NCBI RefSeq assembly: GCF_009914755.1
Contig: NC_060925.1
Source: the human T2T-CHM13v2.0 reference genome, Homo sapiens
Length of the DNA: 64,000 bases
Direction: 5' to 3' (one strand)
Below are positions 29,374 through 48,021 of this stretch, piece after piece. Numbering within the stretch: the stretch's first letter is position 1; every line of letters begins with the position of its first letter. The notes beneath the pieces were generated by a model that searched no databases, was not told the origin of the DNA, and was given only the letters and a program-made list of their open reading frames with translations. Made by a program: the position numbers and the translations under genes.

Positions 29374-30306
29374 GTGAGTCTTTCCAGCAATGGTCCTTCC
29401 AGACCAGGACCTATCTGCCTGCTGGGGGACTAGTCACCATGTGGGCAAATTTTAATCCAAATAAGTTAGCATAAACTCATGCATCCCCTTAATACAGAGC
29501 AAAACAAAATTCTAATTTTAAGATATTCACATAGAAGCATGCTGATAGACTCAGTGGGGCTGTGATTGCTACAGTAACTTTGGAGGACAGACGTATTGGC
29601 ATTGTCCATCAAATTTAAATCTCACATATCCTTTTACCCAGAAATTGCATTTTAAGGCATTTAATCTATTGCTATATTTGCTCATGTACACAAATATGTA
29701 TATATAAAAATGTTTCTTTTTCCTTTTTACTGTTTTGGAATAACAAAGAAAGCTAGTATAAATACACTGCAGACATTACAACAAAAAAGCACTATTAAAG
29801 ATAGAGATCATATTGTACTTAAAATGGCTCAGTACCAATAAGATATTACAATTTTAAGTTTGCATGTACCTAATACCATAGATTCAAAATATATAAAGCA
29901 AATCTGGGCAGAACAAGGAAAATAGACCATCTACAATCATAGTAGAAGATTTAACATATCTTTCTCAGTAATGGTCCTTTTTTTAATAACAACTTAATTG
30001 AGTTATGATTCACATACAAATTGCCTATTCAAAGTATACAATTCAGTGGTCTTTAGTATATTCAAAAAGTTATGCAACCATTTATCATAGACAGCCTTAG
30101 GACATTTTTATCACCTCAAAAAAAAAAAAAGCGCATACCCTTTAGCTATTATTATTCCTCCATCCTCCCAATTATCACCCCTCCCCACCCCAGCCCTAGG
30201 CCACTACTTACCTACTTCATGTCTCTATATATAGATTTGCCTATTCTGGACATTTCATTCAAATGGAATCATAAAACGTGTGGACTTTTATGACTGGCTT
30301 CTTTGA

Positions 30307-30645
<339 letters not shown>

Positions 30646-32148
30646 TAGCAGGTATCAGTACTTCATTCCTTTTTTATGGCCAAATAATATTTAATTATAT
30701 GGATATACTATATTTTATTCATCAAATTTGTATATTTGGGTTTTTTCTACCTTTTGGCTTTTATGAATAATGCAACTAGTTTTTATGTGGATGGGTTTTC
30801 ATTTCTCTTCCTAGAAGTGGAATTGCTGAGTCATATGGTAACTTCATGTTCAATTATTTGAGGAACTGCCATACTGTTTTCCAAAGTTGCTGGACCGTTT
30901 TATATTCCCATAAGCAGTATATGAGCATTCTGATTTCTCTATATTCTTGCCAAAACTTGTTATTATCTTTTTTATTATAGCCATCTTAGTGGGTAAGAAG
31001 TGGTATCTCATTGTGGTTTTGATTTGCATTTACCTGGTGATTAATGATGAACGTCTTTTCAAGAATTTCTAATTCTTCTTTGAAGAAATGTCTATTCAGA
31101 TTTTTTGCCCATTTAAAAAATTGAGTCATATGTCTTTTTATTATTGAGTTGTAACAGTTATTTATAATTCTAGATATAAGTCCTTTATCAGATATGTGAT
31201 TTGCAAATACTATGTCCCATTCTGTGGGTTGTCTTTTCACTTTTTTGATGTTGTCTTTTGATGAAGTTTTCAATTTTGATGAAATTGAATTTATCTATTT
31301 TTCTTTTGTTGGTTGTGCTTTCCATGTTATATTTAAGAAGCCAATGCCTGAGGCCATGAAGATTTACCTCTGTATTTCTTCTAAGAGTTTCATAGTGCTA
31401 GCTCTTACATCTAGGTCTTTAATCCGTTTTGAATTCATTTGAGTATATGGGATGGTATAGGGGTCCAACTTCATTCTTTGGCATGTAGATATCCAGTCGT
31501 CACAGCATCATTTGTTGAAAAGGCTAGTCTTTCTCCATTGAGTAGTCTTGGCATCTTGTTGGAAATCAGTTGACACATGGGTTTGTTTCAGGACTTCCAA
31601 TTCTGTTCCATTGATCTGTCTATCTTTATGCCAGTACCACACTGTCTTGATTACTGCTGCTTTGTAGCAAACTTTAAAATTGGGAATTGTGAATCTTGCA
31701 AATGTAGTCTACTTTATCAAGATTGTTTTGGGTAGTCTGTGTCCCTTGCAATTCCATATGGATTTTACAGTCAGCTTTTCAATTTCTACAAGAAGCCATC
31801 TGGGATCCTCACCGGGATTGCATTGAATTTATAGATCAATGTGGGGAGTGTTGCCATCTTAACAATACTAAGCCTTCCAATTCTTGAGCATGAGATATTT
31901 TCCATTTATTTAGATTGTCTTTAATTTGTTTCAAGAACATTTTGTAATTTTCAGAGTATAACTTTTGCACTTCTTTTGTTAAATATATTCTGAAAAATTT
32001 TCTTCATGATGCTATTGTAAATTGAATTATTTTCCTAATTTCATTTTTGGATTGTTCATTCTAAGTGTATAGAAATACAATTAATTTTTGCATACTGATC
32101 TTGTCTCCTGCAACCTTGCCAAACTCATTTATTAGTTCCAGTAGTTTT

Positions 32149-32565
32149 TGTGTTAGGTTATTCTGGCATTGCTATAAACGAGTACCTGAGACTGAGTAAT
32201 TTATAAAGAAAGGAAGTTTAATTGGCTCATGGTTCTGCAGGGTGTACAGGAAGCATGGTGCTGGCATCTGCTTCTGGTAAGGGTTCAGGAAGCTTACAAT
32301 CATAGTGGAAGATGAAGGGGTAGTATGCACATCACATGGTGAGAGCAGGAGCAAGAGAGGGAGGTGAGAGATGCCACACACTGTTAAACAACCAGATCTC
32401 TCATGAACTCACTCATCACCAAGGGGATGTCACTAAACCATTCATAAACCATTCATGAGGGATATGCCCCCAATGATCCAAGCACCTCCCACCAGGTCCC
32501 ACCTTCAACACTGGGGTTACATTTCAACATGAGATTTGGAGGAGACAAATATCCAAATTTTATCA
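32149..32565 (+). mobile_element. MST (MaLR) solo LTR
   Basis: TG...CA ends; GCATTGCTATAAA..TACCTGAGACTG..TAATTTATAAAGAAA and TTTCAACATGAGATTTGG motifs. Confidence 0.85.
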
Positions 32566-32683
32566 GCGTTTTTAGTGAATTCCTTAGGATTTTCTATATA
32601 TAAGATCATGACATCTGCAATAGAGGTAGTTTTAGTCTTCCTTTCCAATCTGTGAATGCCTGTTACTTATTTTCCTTGCCTAG

Positions 32684-33080
<397 letters not shown>

Positions 33081-33818
33081 TGCATCCAGTCTTTAACGAT
33101 TAAGTTTGATGCTGTCTGTAGGTTTTTTTGAAGATACTGTTTATCAGGCTGAAAAAGTTCCCTTCTATTCCTAGTTTGTTGAATGTTTTTATCATGAACG
33201 GCTGTTGGATTTTGTCACATTTTTTTTTTTCCTGTGTCTATTGAAATTATTGTGTGAGTTTTCGTTTTTTACTTTATTAATATAGTATATTATACTAAGT
33301 GATTTTCAGATGTTAAACCACCCTTGCATTCTTGGGATAAAATCCACTTGGCCATAGTATATAATCATTTTCATATTAGTATATTCAATTTACTAGTATT
33401 TTGTTGAGGATTTTTGTATCCATATTTATAAGAAATAGTGATCTGTAGTTTTCTTGTGATGTCTTTGACTGCTTTTGCATCAGGGCCTCATAGAATGAGT
33501 TGGGAAGTGTTCCAGCCTCTTCTAATTTTTTGAAGGTTTGTGAAGAATTGGTATTAATTCTTCTTTAAGTGTTTGGTAGAATTCACCAGTGAAGTCATCT
33601 GGGCCTGGGCTTTTCTTTGTGGAAAGTTTCTTTTTCTAATTAATCTCTTTACCTATTTTCATCTATTTAGATTGTCTATTTCTTCTTGAGCCAGTTTCAG
33701 TTTTTGTGTCATTCTAGGAATTTGTCTATTTGTCTAATATAGTGGCATGCAATTGTTCATAGTATTCCTTTATGATCCTTTTTATTTCTGTAAGCTTAAT
33801 GGTAATATTCCCTCTTTT

Positions 33819-34195
<377 letters not shown>

Positions 34196-34848
34196 TCAGC
34201 TTTCGGTTTCATTGATTTTTCTCTATTGCTTTGCTATTCTCTATTTCATTAATGTTCACTCTAATCTTTACTGTTTCCTTCCTTTGGCTTGCTTTAGGTT
34301 TAGGTTGCTCTTTTTTTTTTTCCAGTGTCTTAAGGTAGAAGATTAGGTTATTTATTTAAGATCTTTCTTTTTTGAAAATGTAGGTATTTGCAGCCAGAAA
34401 AAAACTCCTCTTAATATTGCTTACCATAAATTTTGCTATGTTATGTCTTTATTTTCATTAATCTCAAATATTTTGGAATTTCTCTTTTGATTTCTTTTTG
34501 ACCCATTGGTTTTAGGAGTGTGTTGTTAAATTTCTGCTTATTTGTGAGTTTTCCAGTTTCTTTCTGTTTGTTATTAATTATTAATTTAATTACACTCTGC
34601 TTAGAGAATATATTTTGTATTATTTCTATTCTTTTAAATTTATTAAGGTTTGTTTTTGGCCTGGCATATAATCTATTCTGGAGACTGCTCTATATGCACT
34701 TGAGAAGAATGTATATTCTGTTATTATTGAGTTGGGTGTTCTATATACGTCTGTTAGGTCTGGTTGGTTTTTAGTGTTGTTCAGATCTTCTGTTTCTTGT
34801 CATCTTCTGCCTACTTGTCTTGATTGTTTTTGAAAGTGGTGTATTGCA

Positions 34849-35460
<612 letters not shown>

Positions 35461-37751
35461 AAAGTGGTATATTGCAATCTTCAACTCCTATTGTTGAGCT
35501 GTCTATTTTCCCCTTCATTCTTGACAATTTTTACTTTATACATTTGGGTGCTCTATTTTTAGGTGCACATATCTTTACAATTAATATATTTTCCTGATGG
35601 GTTGACCATTTTGCATTATAAAATATGTCTCTATTTCTAGTAACATTTTCTATTTTGAAGCCTATTTTGCCTGATCTTACTGTAACCACACCAGCATTTT
35701 TGTTGTTGCTGTTTGTATGGTATATCTTTTTTCATCCTTTTACTCTCAATATATTTGTATCTTTGATTCCAAACTGTGTCTCTTATACACATCATATAAT
35801 TTAATCTTTTTTTATCCAGTCTGACAATCTCTTTTGATTGGATTGTTTAATCAGTTCACATTTAATGTTATTACTGGTATAGTTGAATTTATGTCTACCA
35901 TTTTTGTGTGTGTGTATCATGGGGTTTTTGTTCTTCTGTTCCTCTCTATGCCTTCTTTCACATTAAGTAAAATTTTAAGGTAGTGTTTTAATATCTTTAA
36001 TTATTTTTCCCTATATACTTTTAATTATTTCTTAGGGCTTACCATACACACTTTAACTCATTATAATCAGATTCAGTTTGATTCAATTTCATACTAACTT
36101 AATGCTAGTAACATATAGAAATGTTATTGCCACATAGCTACCTTCCCTTTCCCCTTTTTAATGGTAATATTGTTATATATATTACATCTATGAGTGTTAC
36201 AAACCCCAATGACATATTCTTATAATTATTACCTTATATAATTTTATATATTTTAAAGAAGCTGAGGTTAGAATGGGGAGCAATTATATATTTATAGTCT
36301 TTTTATGTTAACCTTTACTATCATTTCTGGTTCTTTTCATTTGTTTCTTGAGTTTGAGTTACCACTGAAGTCATTTCTTTAATCTGGTACACATTTGTTC
36401 CCACCCACCATTTGTGTGCTATTACTGGGAAATATATTACATTTCTATATGTTATAGCAACAACAGTATATTATATGCATATTGTTTCCTACAATTGCTT
36501 TTTAAATCAGCTAAAAGATGATGAAATATATATTTATATTGTCTTTTATAATTACCTTTACCAGTGCTCTTTGTTTTGTGTGGATTTGAATTACTATCTG
36601 GAGTAACTTGCTTTCAACCTAAAGGATTTCCTTTAGTATTTTCTGTAAGTCATATCTGCTAGCAACATATTTTTTCAGTTTTTTTGGTAATTTTTTTTCA
36701 CCTTTAGTTCTAAAAGATAGCTTTGCAGGATTTTTGTTTGACAGCTTTTTCTTTAAGCACTTTGAACATGTTATCCCATTCTCTTCTGGCTTCCGTTGTT
36801 GTTGCTGAGATATCTGCTATTAATCTTATTGGGACTCTTTTGTAAGTGATCAGTCATTTTTCTATTGATGCTTTCAAAATTTTCTTCTCATCTTTAGCTT
36901 TCATTATTTTTGCCAAAATGTGTCTGTTTGTGGAACTCTTTGTGTTTTTCCTACTTGGAGTTCATTGAGCTTCCTATATGTGTACACTGGTGTTTCCCAA
37001 TAAATTTATAATATTTTCAGCAATTATTTATGAAAATGTTTTTTCTGTTCCTTTCTCTTTCTCCTCTCCTTCTAGCATTCACCTTATGCATTAGTTGGTG
37101 TGCTTAATGGTGTCCCACATTTTTCTGAGGCTCTGTAAATTTCTAATTCTTTTTCCTCTCTGTTCTTCAAATTGCTAATCTTTTTTGATCTATAAAGTTC
37201 ACTAATTCTTCTGCCAGTTCAGATCTATTCTTGAGCACCTCTAGTGGATTTTTCATTTCAGTTATTGTAGTTTTTAACTCTAGAATTTCTATTTTCTTAC
37301 AGTTCTATCCCTATATTGATGGGATCCTTTTATTCTTCTCTATTTGATGCATATCATTTCTACCTTTACTTGTTTAATCATGGTTTCCTTTAGTTTTTTG
37401 GACACACTTGGAATGGCTAATTTCAAGCCTTTGGGTGCTGCCGTAGGGAATTTTGTTGCCTGTGAACAGAAAAATGCAAATTAATACAACTCTGAGATGC
37501 TTCTTTATAAGAAGTTTCATTACTATATTGTCAAAAATTAAAAATCCACTTATTACCAGAGATTTCTGAGGACAGGGGAAAATGATAACCCTAATATGGT
37601 GATGATGGGAGTGTAAACTGATACAGCCATTCTAGCAAGGAATCCGATAATTCTTGGTCAAATAGAGAGTGCATGTACCTTGTTATCCAGTAGTCTGCAC
37701 TGGATACACACCAGGAATTTGACCCCACAGAGCCATTAAAGAACATGGACA

Positions 37752-38055
37752 GGCCAGGTGTGATGGCTCACACCTATAATCCCAGCACTTTGGGAAGCTG
37801 AGGCAGGTGGATCACAAGGTCAAGAGATCGAGACCATCCTGGCCAACATGGTGAAACCCCGTCTCTACTAAAAATACAAAAATTAGCTGGGCATGGTGGC
37901 ATGTGCCTGCAGTCCCAGCTACTAGGGAGGTTGAGGCAGGAGAATCGCTTGAACCTGGGAGGCGGAGTTGCAGTGAGCCGAGATCACGCCACTGCACTCC
38001 AGCCTGGCATCAGAGCGAGACTCCATCTCAAAAGAAAAAAAGAAAAAAAAAAAAA
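37752..38055 (+). mobile_element. AluSc-like
   Basis: Consensus; TSD AACATGGACA. Confidence 0.93.
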
Positions 38056-38926
38056 CATGGACAAAGATATTCACCATAGTGTTTGTAGCAATGGACGGTT
38101 GAAGACAATCCACATGTTCATTCCTAGTGGTAATGAAGAAGTAAAGTAGCTAGATGCACACTGTAGAATATCAAACATCAGTTAGAAGCAAATTATACAT
38201 ACTGCAACATAGATGATTCCTTAAAAATTTCGTGTTGAGAAAAAAGTAAAAGTACAGAAAGAGATCTGAAGCACAATATCATTTATAGAAATATAAAACA
38301 CATATGTATATAGTCAGTGACATACATGAAATCCTTTTGTTGGTGCCTACTTATCATAGGGAGGAACAGAAGTAAAAATTGAGAAAGAAAGGAGCGAAAT
38401 AAAATAAAATTTGTCTTATATGAATTTATGATGAATCTCTGCAAGTCTGCTTCTGAGATACAAAATGAAAACAAAGACACAGAAAGCAAGGAAATATGAG
38501 ATAATGTCATCAGATGAGATTTAGAATTGGAAGAAAAAGGTTGGAATGTTTGAAAAGGAGAATAAACAGTATGAAATACTTATCTTGGATATTTAGAATG
38601 TGAATTTATTGAAAAAATATGGTAGAGTTACCAGACAGGGTTAAATGCCCACTGGAGGTTTGTGGTCATGCATTTGCAGTGAAACCGGTAAGCCCACTTG
38701 TGTGATTCCCCATCATTGCATGACTCCTCAGGCAGAGGGGGAAGAGAGAGCATTGCTTTTGTTTTTAAGACAAGAGAGATTTGAGTGTGTAAAAGCTAAT
38801 AGGAATGTGCTCATAGAGACAGGCAGGTTGAAGATATTGGAGAAAGAAAGCGTAACAGATGGAGAAGAATAACAATAACCTGTGCCTGCCTACCCAGCAT
38901 AGCATCTCTTTCTCTGAGATAGTAGG

Positions 38927-39016
38927 GTCTACAGCCATAACACCGTGAATGCACCTGATCTTGTCTGATCTCAGAAGCTAAGCAGGGTCAGGCCTGGTTA
39001 ATACTTGGATGGGAGA
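38927..39016 (+). pseudogene. RNA5SP46: 5S rRNA pseudogene, nt 1-90 only (probably RNA5SP46)
   Basis: GTCTACAGCCATAACACCGTGAATGCACCTGATCTTGTCTGATCTCAGAAGCTAAGCAGGGTCAGGCCTGGTTAATACTTGGATGGGAGA aligns to human 5S rRNA, mismatches mostly CpG decay; symbol from recall. Confidence 0.9.
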
Positions 39017-39582
39017 TACTAGCGTAGGATAGAGTGGATGCAGATAAATTTATAAGTGGCAGAGGGGCAGAATTTGAAAAAAAAAATCCATTTCAGCCTT
39101 TGTCTTGGCTTGCGAACAGACCTAAATATGTACATCTCATTAAATTTCCCAACGATCACTCCTCATTCAGGTGTTCCAGAAACAATGCCTCTGATGACAG
39201 ACATCTGTAACCTACATAACCAGTGCAGTAGGATGCATTTCAATTTAAAATCATCCATCCAACTCTCATTTGCTACTGGTGATAATTAGTGCAGTCTCTC
39301 CAGAGAGAAACTTGGCATTATTTATCCAGATCCTTAAAAATCATTCATACAATTTTTCCCAGTATTCCACTTCTAGAACTGTATACTAAGGAAATAATCA
39401 GAGAGATACAAAGACTTGTGCAAGGATATTTAGTCTAGTGTTATTCCTATAATAAATAACAAAAATTGGAAGCCACTTAAATGTTCCTACAGCAGAGGAA
39501 GGGTTAAATTAAATTCTAAGATATCCATTGAAGAAAATATTTTATTGCCATTAAAATAATGTTTAAAAATAATATTGGCTCA

Positions 39583-39974
<392 letters not shown>

Positions 39975-40062
39975 TTAATGTTCATGGGAACTAATTAGAG
40001 CTGACATGTACAGCCAGCCTTTTGCTTACTCTGCGGGATCTTGTTCTGTGTGATTTCTCTAG

Positions 40063-40202
40063 GGGGAGCCTGCTCACTTTGAGTATTTGATGTATCCATT
40101 GCACTCAGCACCCATCACCGGTCTAGCTACCTGCATCCGCAAACCCCTTATAGCCACCTGTTCTCTGGATCGATCCATCCGCCTTTGGAATTATGAAACA
40201 AA
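40063..40202 (+). CDS. CFAP57: CFAP57 coding exon 6 ([46 protein letters not shown]), WD40
   Basis: TAG acceptor, AA|GTAAGG donor, 140 nt; classical WD motif [13 protein letters not shown]. Confidence 0.96.
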
Positions 40203-40990
40203 GTAAGGAATGAAGGGCTTGCCTACTTTATTATGCAAGACCCCAGTTGTGAATTTATGTGAATTATTTTAATTACAGTGTTCCAAACTTTAATTATTTA
40301 GAAGCTTTCAGTTGGAAAAGATTTTTAAAAAATCAAGTCAGTCAACCTACCTGTTTCTCACTCTTGCGTGGGCTAGAAAACTACTTTGTGGTTTATTTAA
40401 TGCTTACCACATGCTAGACACTGGGGACATGAAGAGATGAAGACAACACCTCAGTCTCTCACCTTCTTACATAAACTCCTGGGTCCCTCCAGCTCTCCTA
40501 TCCCCTTGTTTCCCACAGGAACTGCTCTTTGCTTCAGGGAGCTCTCCAGACCCTTTCTTCCTCATCTTTCTCCCAGGACATCACTATCTCAACCACCCCC
40601 AACTCCCTCCTGACTTTACCTTCCAGCACAGCTTCCCTGGGAAGCTCCAACCCTAGGTGGACCCCCACCCCCTACTGTTTTCTTTGTTCTTATGTACAAC
40701 TTCTGGGGCTTCTGGGGAAAAAATACTTGGACAATACTCATGAATTTTGGAATATAAACAGAGCTATGTCTTCAGCATCGCTAGACCACACCTTGACCAG
40801 TCTCCCTATCTACCATGCTCCACGCTGGACATTATCCCCTAATAACCAAGATCTAGAAAAGAGAGGAACCAACAATTGCAAACAGTAGTGTGTCTCAAAT
40901 ACGATGATAACAATATATATCAGATACAGTAGATGACTGGAAGGATTTAGTGAGCTAGGCTTACAATTCAGTAATTGATCTTTTTCACAG

Positions 40991-41156
40991 CACCCTGGAA
41001 CTATTTAAGGAATACCAAGAAGAGGCATATTCCATCAGCCTTCATCCATCTGGACATTTCATTGTAGTAGGGTTTGCTGACAAACTACGCCTCATGAATC
41101 TACTCATTGATGATATACGTTCTTTCAAAGAATACTCTGTTAGAGGATGCGGAGAG
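40991..41156 (+). CDS. CFAP57: CFAP57 coding exon 7 ([36 protein letters not shown]...GCGE)
   Basis: TTTTTCACAG acceptor, GAG|GTAAAA donor, 166 nt. Confidence 0.95.
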
Positions 41157-41898
41157 GTAAAAAAAAACTGCTGAAGACAAAAGTCCAGTTTCTTAGAAAG
41201 CCACGGCTGAAATATCAGGAACTAACATGATCTGGGGAGGTGGGACCAAAATCTGTCTTGGAGAACTACAGTGGCTTAAAAAAAGGGGGAAGGAGGAAAT
41301 CCAGTTATTTTCCCAGCAACCTTATTGAGTATATGGTTCCATCCCCATATTCTTATGTCCACCCGACTATTTCATTGAACCTAAAACCTTGTGAGATCCC
41401 CGCTATGATAAGTCCTGTCTGTAATTGTGGAATATTAACAAATATTTTAAAAGAAAAGTAATCTCAGAATCAGAGTCACAGCTAAGAAGGTGAGGTTGGA
41501 GACGGAGGAGCCAGGGAAAAATAAGCATCAGTGGTGAGAGGTAATAAAGAGCGCATCAGCTTTCCCTGAGGTGACTTGCAGAAACAAGGCAATGATTTCA
41601 GGAATTACTTCCCCGGCTCTGAAACATGCTTCTACAGGCAAAATGATTGCTTGTGGTCCCAACGGCTTAATGATTTGTGGGCCTGACAGTGTCAGCATCT
41701 GGCCACTATGAGTTACAGGAATAATGAAAGTGTCTGAAAATGTCAGCCACTCCTCAGTCTCATTTGCACCTTCCCCCCACTCCCACCCTCACACGTAGTT
41801 TCAGTCTGAACTCGTTGGGAAAAGCACCTCTTGACTGTAACCTCTAATTAGACTGCTCACTTCCTGCTTGCTTGCTCTCTTGCTGTCTTTCCCTATAG

Positions 41899-42012
41899 TG
41901 TTCCTTTAGCAATGGAGGTCACCTGTTTGCTGCAGTCAATGGAAATGTGATTCACGTTTACACCACCACGAGCCTAGAGAACATCTCAAGCCTGAAAGGA
42001 CACACAGGGAAG
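41899..42012 (+). CDS. CFAP57: CFAP57 coding exon 8 ([15 protein letters not shown]...LKGHTGK)
   Basis: TAG acceptor, AAG|GTAAGT donor, 114 nt; GH dipeptide of a WD repeat. Confidence 0.95.
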
Positions 42013-42715
42013 GTAAGTGAGTGAACAGTCTCTGGGGAAACAAGGGGCACGGAGCCAAGTATGCCGCCAGCCAGTGGGATACAGGTGAACAAAAGAGATG
42101 GTTCCTTTCCTCATGGGTTCACTGTCTACTTGGGGAAAGAGACAATAAAACAAATGCACAGACAAATGTAGTTACTAATTGCAGTTCCACTGAAAGAAAA
42201 ACATGGTGTTGTTGTGAGAGAAATAATGAAGGGGGCGGCATAATTTAGGTGGCTGTATTTGCAAAGGCTTGGTCCTATAAGAGTGAGTAGGAGTTAATCA
42301 GACACAACTGGTGGGGATAATCACTGCAGATAGGGATCCAAAGGCCAGAGATGGGAGACTCATAGGGTGTCAGAGAACGTGAAAGTCTGTGGGCCTGGAA
42401 TGTGGTGCCAGGATAAACCGTGGGGTAAAGATGGGCTGAGATTGGAGAGGTCACAAGGGCCCAAATGCATGGAAACTTGTAGGCCTTGTAAGGATTTATC
42501 CTTCTTATTTCTTGAAATCATGGAAGACTTTCAGGGCAGAGAATATGACCGGATTTGCATTTTGAAGGATTACTTTGGCAGCAGAGTGAAGACTATTGAA
42601 GGGGGCGAGGGTAGAAATGGTGAGGAGGCTATTGTGGATATCTACACCATAGATAATAGTGGTGGTGATACAGTTAGGGAGAAGTGGATGGATTCAAATG
42701 ATTTTAGAAAGTAAA

Positions 42716-43073
<358 letters not shown>

Positions 43074-43933
43074 TTAGATGTGAGGCATGATTAAGAGGGA
43101 GAGGCATAGAAAGGGTAAGAAGTCAGCAGATGAATTTGGAGATAAGAGGCCATTGGAAAAGAGAGGCATTCTAGGCAGAAGGACTTGTTGGAGATGATGA
43201 AATGGAGGTATGAAATAGGACAGTGCTCATTGGTTCATATGGCTGGAACACTGGACACATTTGAGCAATGATAGAGGGAGTAGGAAAGGTTGGCTGCATC
43301 GCAGAAGGTAGTGTATGCCATGCCAAGGAATTGGACTTTAGTCTCTAGGTGACGAGAAACAACGGAAAGGATTTAAGCAAGAAAGTAATGGGATCAGAAA
43401 GGTAACTCTCTGAACAGTATTGAGGAAGGATTAGAGTGGAAGGAAATTGGAGTGATGGAGAGCAGTTAGGATGTGAAGGTGAAAGCTGGGTTAGGAACTA
43501 AACCATGACTTTAGTAGCGGAGGCAGAGAGAAGAAAGAGATGAAGTTCCATTTTGGCCATGTGATATTTGACGTGCCCAGAAGTGTGATGTATGTGTGTG
43601 GAGGTCAGGAGAGAAGTCAGGGCTGAGTATGAAGATTCGGGGAATTAGAAAGTAGAGGAAGTCAGAGGCATAGATTAGATCACCAAGGGCCTATGTAGAA
43701 TCTGAGAAGAATATTGGACAGCAGAGGGAAGACCAACATATAAGAGACTGGTGAAAGAAGAGGAGCCGATGAAAGACTGAAAATAAAGATACAAAGAGAA
43801 CTTGGAATCAGATAATTATCTCAAAGAAGCCAAGGAACTAAACAATTTCTGAAAGGTTGAAGTGGTCAGTGGTACTAGATGTCAGAGGGAGGTCATGTAA
43901 AGTCCAAAACTGACCGTTGACTTTAGCAAATAA

Positions 43934-44446
<513 letters not shown>

Positions 44447-45006
44447 TGAGTCTCCTCAGCTTCAGCAATATAATTAGTCTTCAAGTGACTGTGGAGATGC
44501 GGATGAAAGTACAGAAAGTGATTCTGATGCCCAAGCTCACCAGTCCAGGAAAACAGCCATTTGTTTCATCACTTTACAAGTACTTAAAACACTGGTCTCT
44601 AATTAGGGATATATGTTAGAATGACATGTGTAACATTTTTTACAAATACAGATACAGGATGCAGCTAAAGCTATGCATACAGGGAAATGTATAACCTTAA
44701 ATACATATACTGTGTTAGAAATGAAAAAAGATACATAAGCATCCATCTCAAGAAGTTAGAAAAAGAACAGCAAATTAAATTCAAATAAAAGGCAGGAAAT
44801 AAAGATAAGAGCAGAAGTTAATAAAATAGAAAACAGACAAAAGATCATCAAAGCCAAAATTTGATTCTTTGAAAACACGAAATAGACAAACCCTTGGCAT
44901 GACTGATGAAGAAAAAATTAAGAGTGTGGAGATACCAACAACCAATATGAGGATTAAAAAGGGGATATCACTAAAGGTCCTATAGACATTAAAAAGATCT
45001 GAAAGG

Positions 45007-45720
<714 letters not shown>

Positions 45721-45983
45721 TTAAAACCTTTCTACAAAGAAAACTCTAGGCCCAGATCTTATCACTGGGGAATTTTATCAACATTTAAGGAAAAAAAAAT
45801 AACACTATCACTAATCTTGAAAAAAACTCTTCTAGAGAATTGGAAAAAGAAGGAATACTTTCCAGTTATGTTCTATGAGGCCAAAATAATTGTGATACCA
45901 AAATCTGTCAAAGACACCACAAGAAAAAAAAATAAGCTAGTCTTTTTCATGAGCACAGATAGAAATATATATTTATATATATA

Positions 45984-46265
<282 letters not shown>

Positions 46266-47971
46266 AGCTTTCAAGATTTTCTTATCTTTGGCTTTCAACA
46301 TTTTGTTTTTGATGTGTCTGGATCTAGATTTCTTTGCATTTATCCTACTTGGAGTTTATTGTACTTCTTGGATGTGTAGGTTAATGTTTTTCAACAAATT
46401 TGAGATTTTTCAGCATTATTTATTTGAATATTTGTTGTTTTTCTCTCTTCTCCTAGTGCTCTCATTACAGTACCATACGTGGGTGCATTTAATGGATGCC
46501 CACATTTCTCTGAAACTCTGTTAATGTTAATTTTTCTTGATTAGTGTTTCTCTCTGTTCTTCCAATTGCACAATCTCTATTGAGCTATTTCAAGTTTGCC
46601 AGCTCAAATCTACTGTTGAGCCTTCCAGTGAATTTTTCGTTTTGGTTATTGTACTTTTCAACTCCAGAATTTCCATTTGATTTTTGAACTAATTTCTGTT
46701 TTCTTATTATATTCTTTATTTGATGAGGCTTGTCATCCTACCTTCCTTTAATTATTTAAGCGTAGTTTCCTTTAGTTAATTGAACTTATTTGTATTAGCT
46801 ACTTTGAAGTCTTTGTCCGCAAAATCTACCATCTGGGCCCCTTCAAAGGCAATTTCTATTGCCTGAATGCTTTCTTTCTTTCTTTTTCTTATTGGTTACA
46901 CTCTTTTTGTTTGTTTGTTTGTTTGTTTATGTTTCAATTTTTTGTTGGCTGAATATTTTAGACAATATATTGTAGCAGTTCTGAATATGTGTCCCCCCAG
47001 GGCATTGTTGTTGGTTGGTTGGCTGATTATCTGTTTCGTGACTTGGCTGAGCTAATTCTGTAAAGTCTGTTTCCCCTGTAGTGAGCAGTGTCTCATATCA
47101 CTACTCAGATCTATTTTTCATCTTTTCTTTTAGCCTGGCTACCTAGGGTTGCCCATGAGTTGCCTAAGCTGCTTATTAGTTACAGATGGTGCATAAACCC
47201 CCTTAGACAATTAGGTTTTTACCTTTTACTACCAGATTTATGTGTGGCTTGGAAAATGCTATCACAGTTCAGAGAGTGATGGCTTTTGCATCATGTTCAG
47301 CCAGAGACTGGTAGTTTGGATGACCCCTTTCTGATTGTTCATAAGAGGGTACAGCCTTGGGCATGCACAGAGTCTTCCAGGCTGCGAGGGATGAATATGA
47401 TTTCATTTTTAAGCCTGGCTTCCTAGGAGATGCCCCTGGGTCGGGAGAGCTTAATGTTCAGCATTTGGTAGACTGTTGTGTTTGGTAGGCCCGTTGTGCC
47501 AGTGAGACTCTGCCCTATGTTAACGGGTCTTTGTGTAGCTTAGGAGATGCTTTCAAGTTTTCCTCATATCCCACTCTGACTGCACCTGAATCAGTACAGT
47601 CTAACACATACACAAGACCTTCCAGCCTCTAGAGTTGTCTGTTATCCCTGAAGGACTCTTCTTCTCTGTCCCTTTCCCTTGTTCTATCAAAATTCCACTC
47701 CTCTATATCATTTTGCTTACATCCTGGAGTTATCAGCCTCCTCTTAATCACTTTCCACCAAGATCTCCACTGTTTTAGACAATGCCCATAGGCATGGACT
47801 TTTCCATGTTCTATTCCAAATAAAGTCAGCCCCCTCAAGCAGAGCTGTAGAGCTCCCTGTCTTAGCACCTGACTTTCCCACAGACAGAACCTTTGCTCCA
47901 CTGCACCAGAGCTGGGGCGGGGACCTGCTTTTCCAGGAGTAACATCCTCACTTCTGTGAGTGACACTTGAG

Positions 47972-48021
47972 GTGTGTGCGTGTGTGTGCACATGCGTGTG
48001 TATGTGTGTGTGCACGTATGT
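47972..48021. repeat. (TG)n imperfect microsatellite
   Basis: Read directly. Confidence 0.8.
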
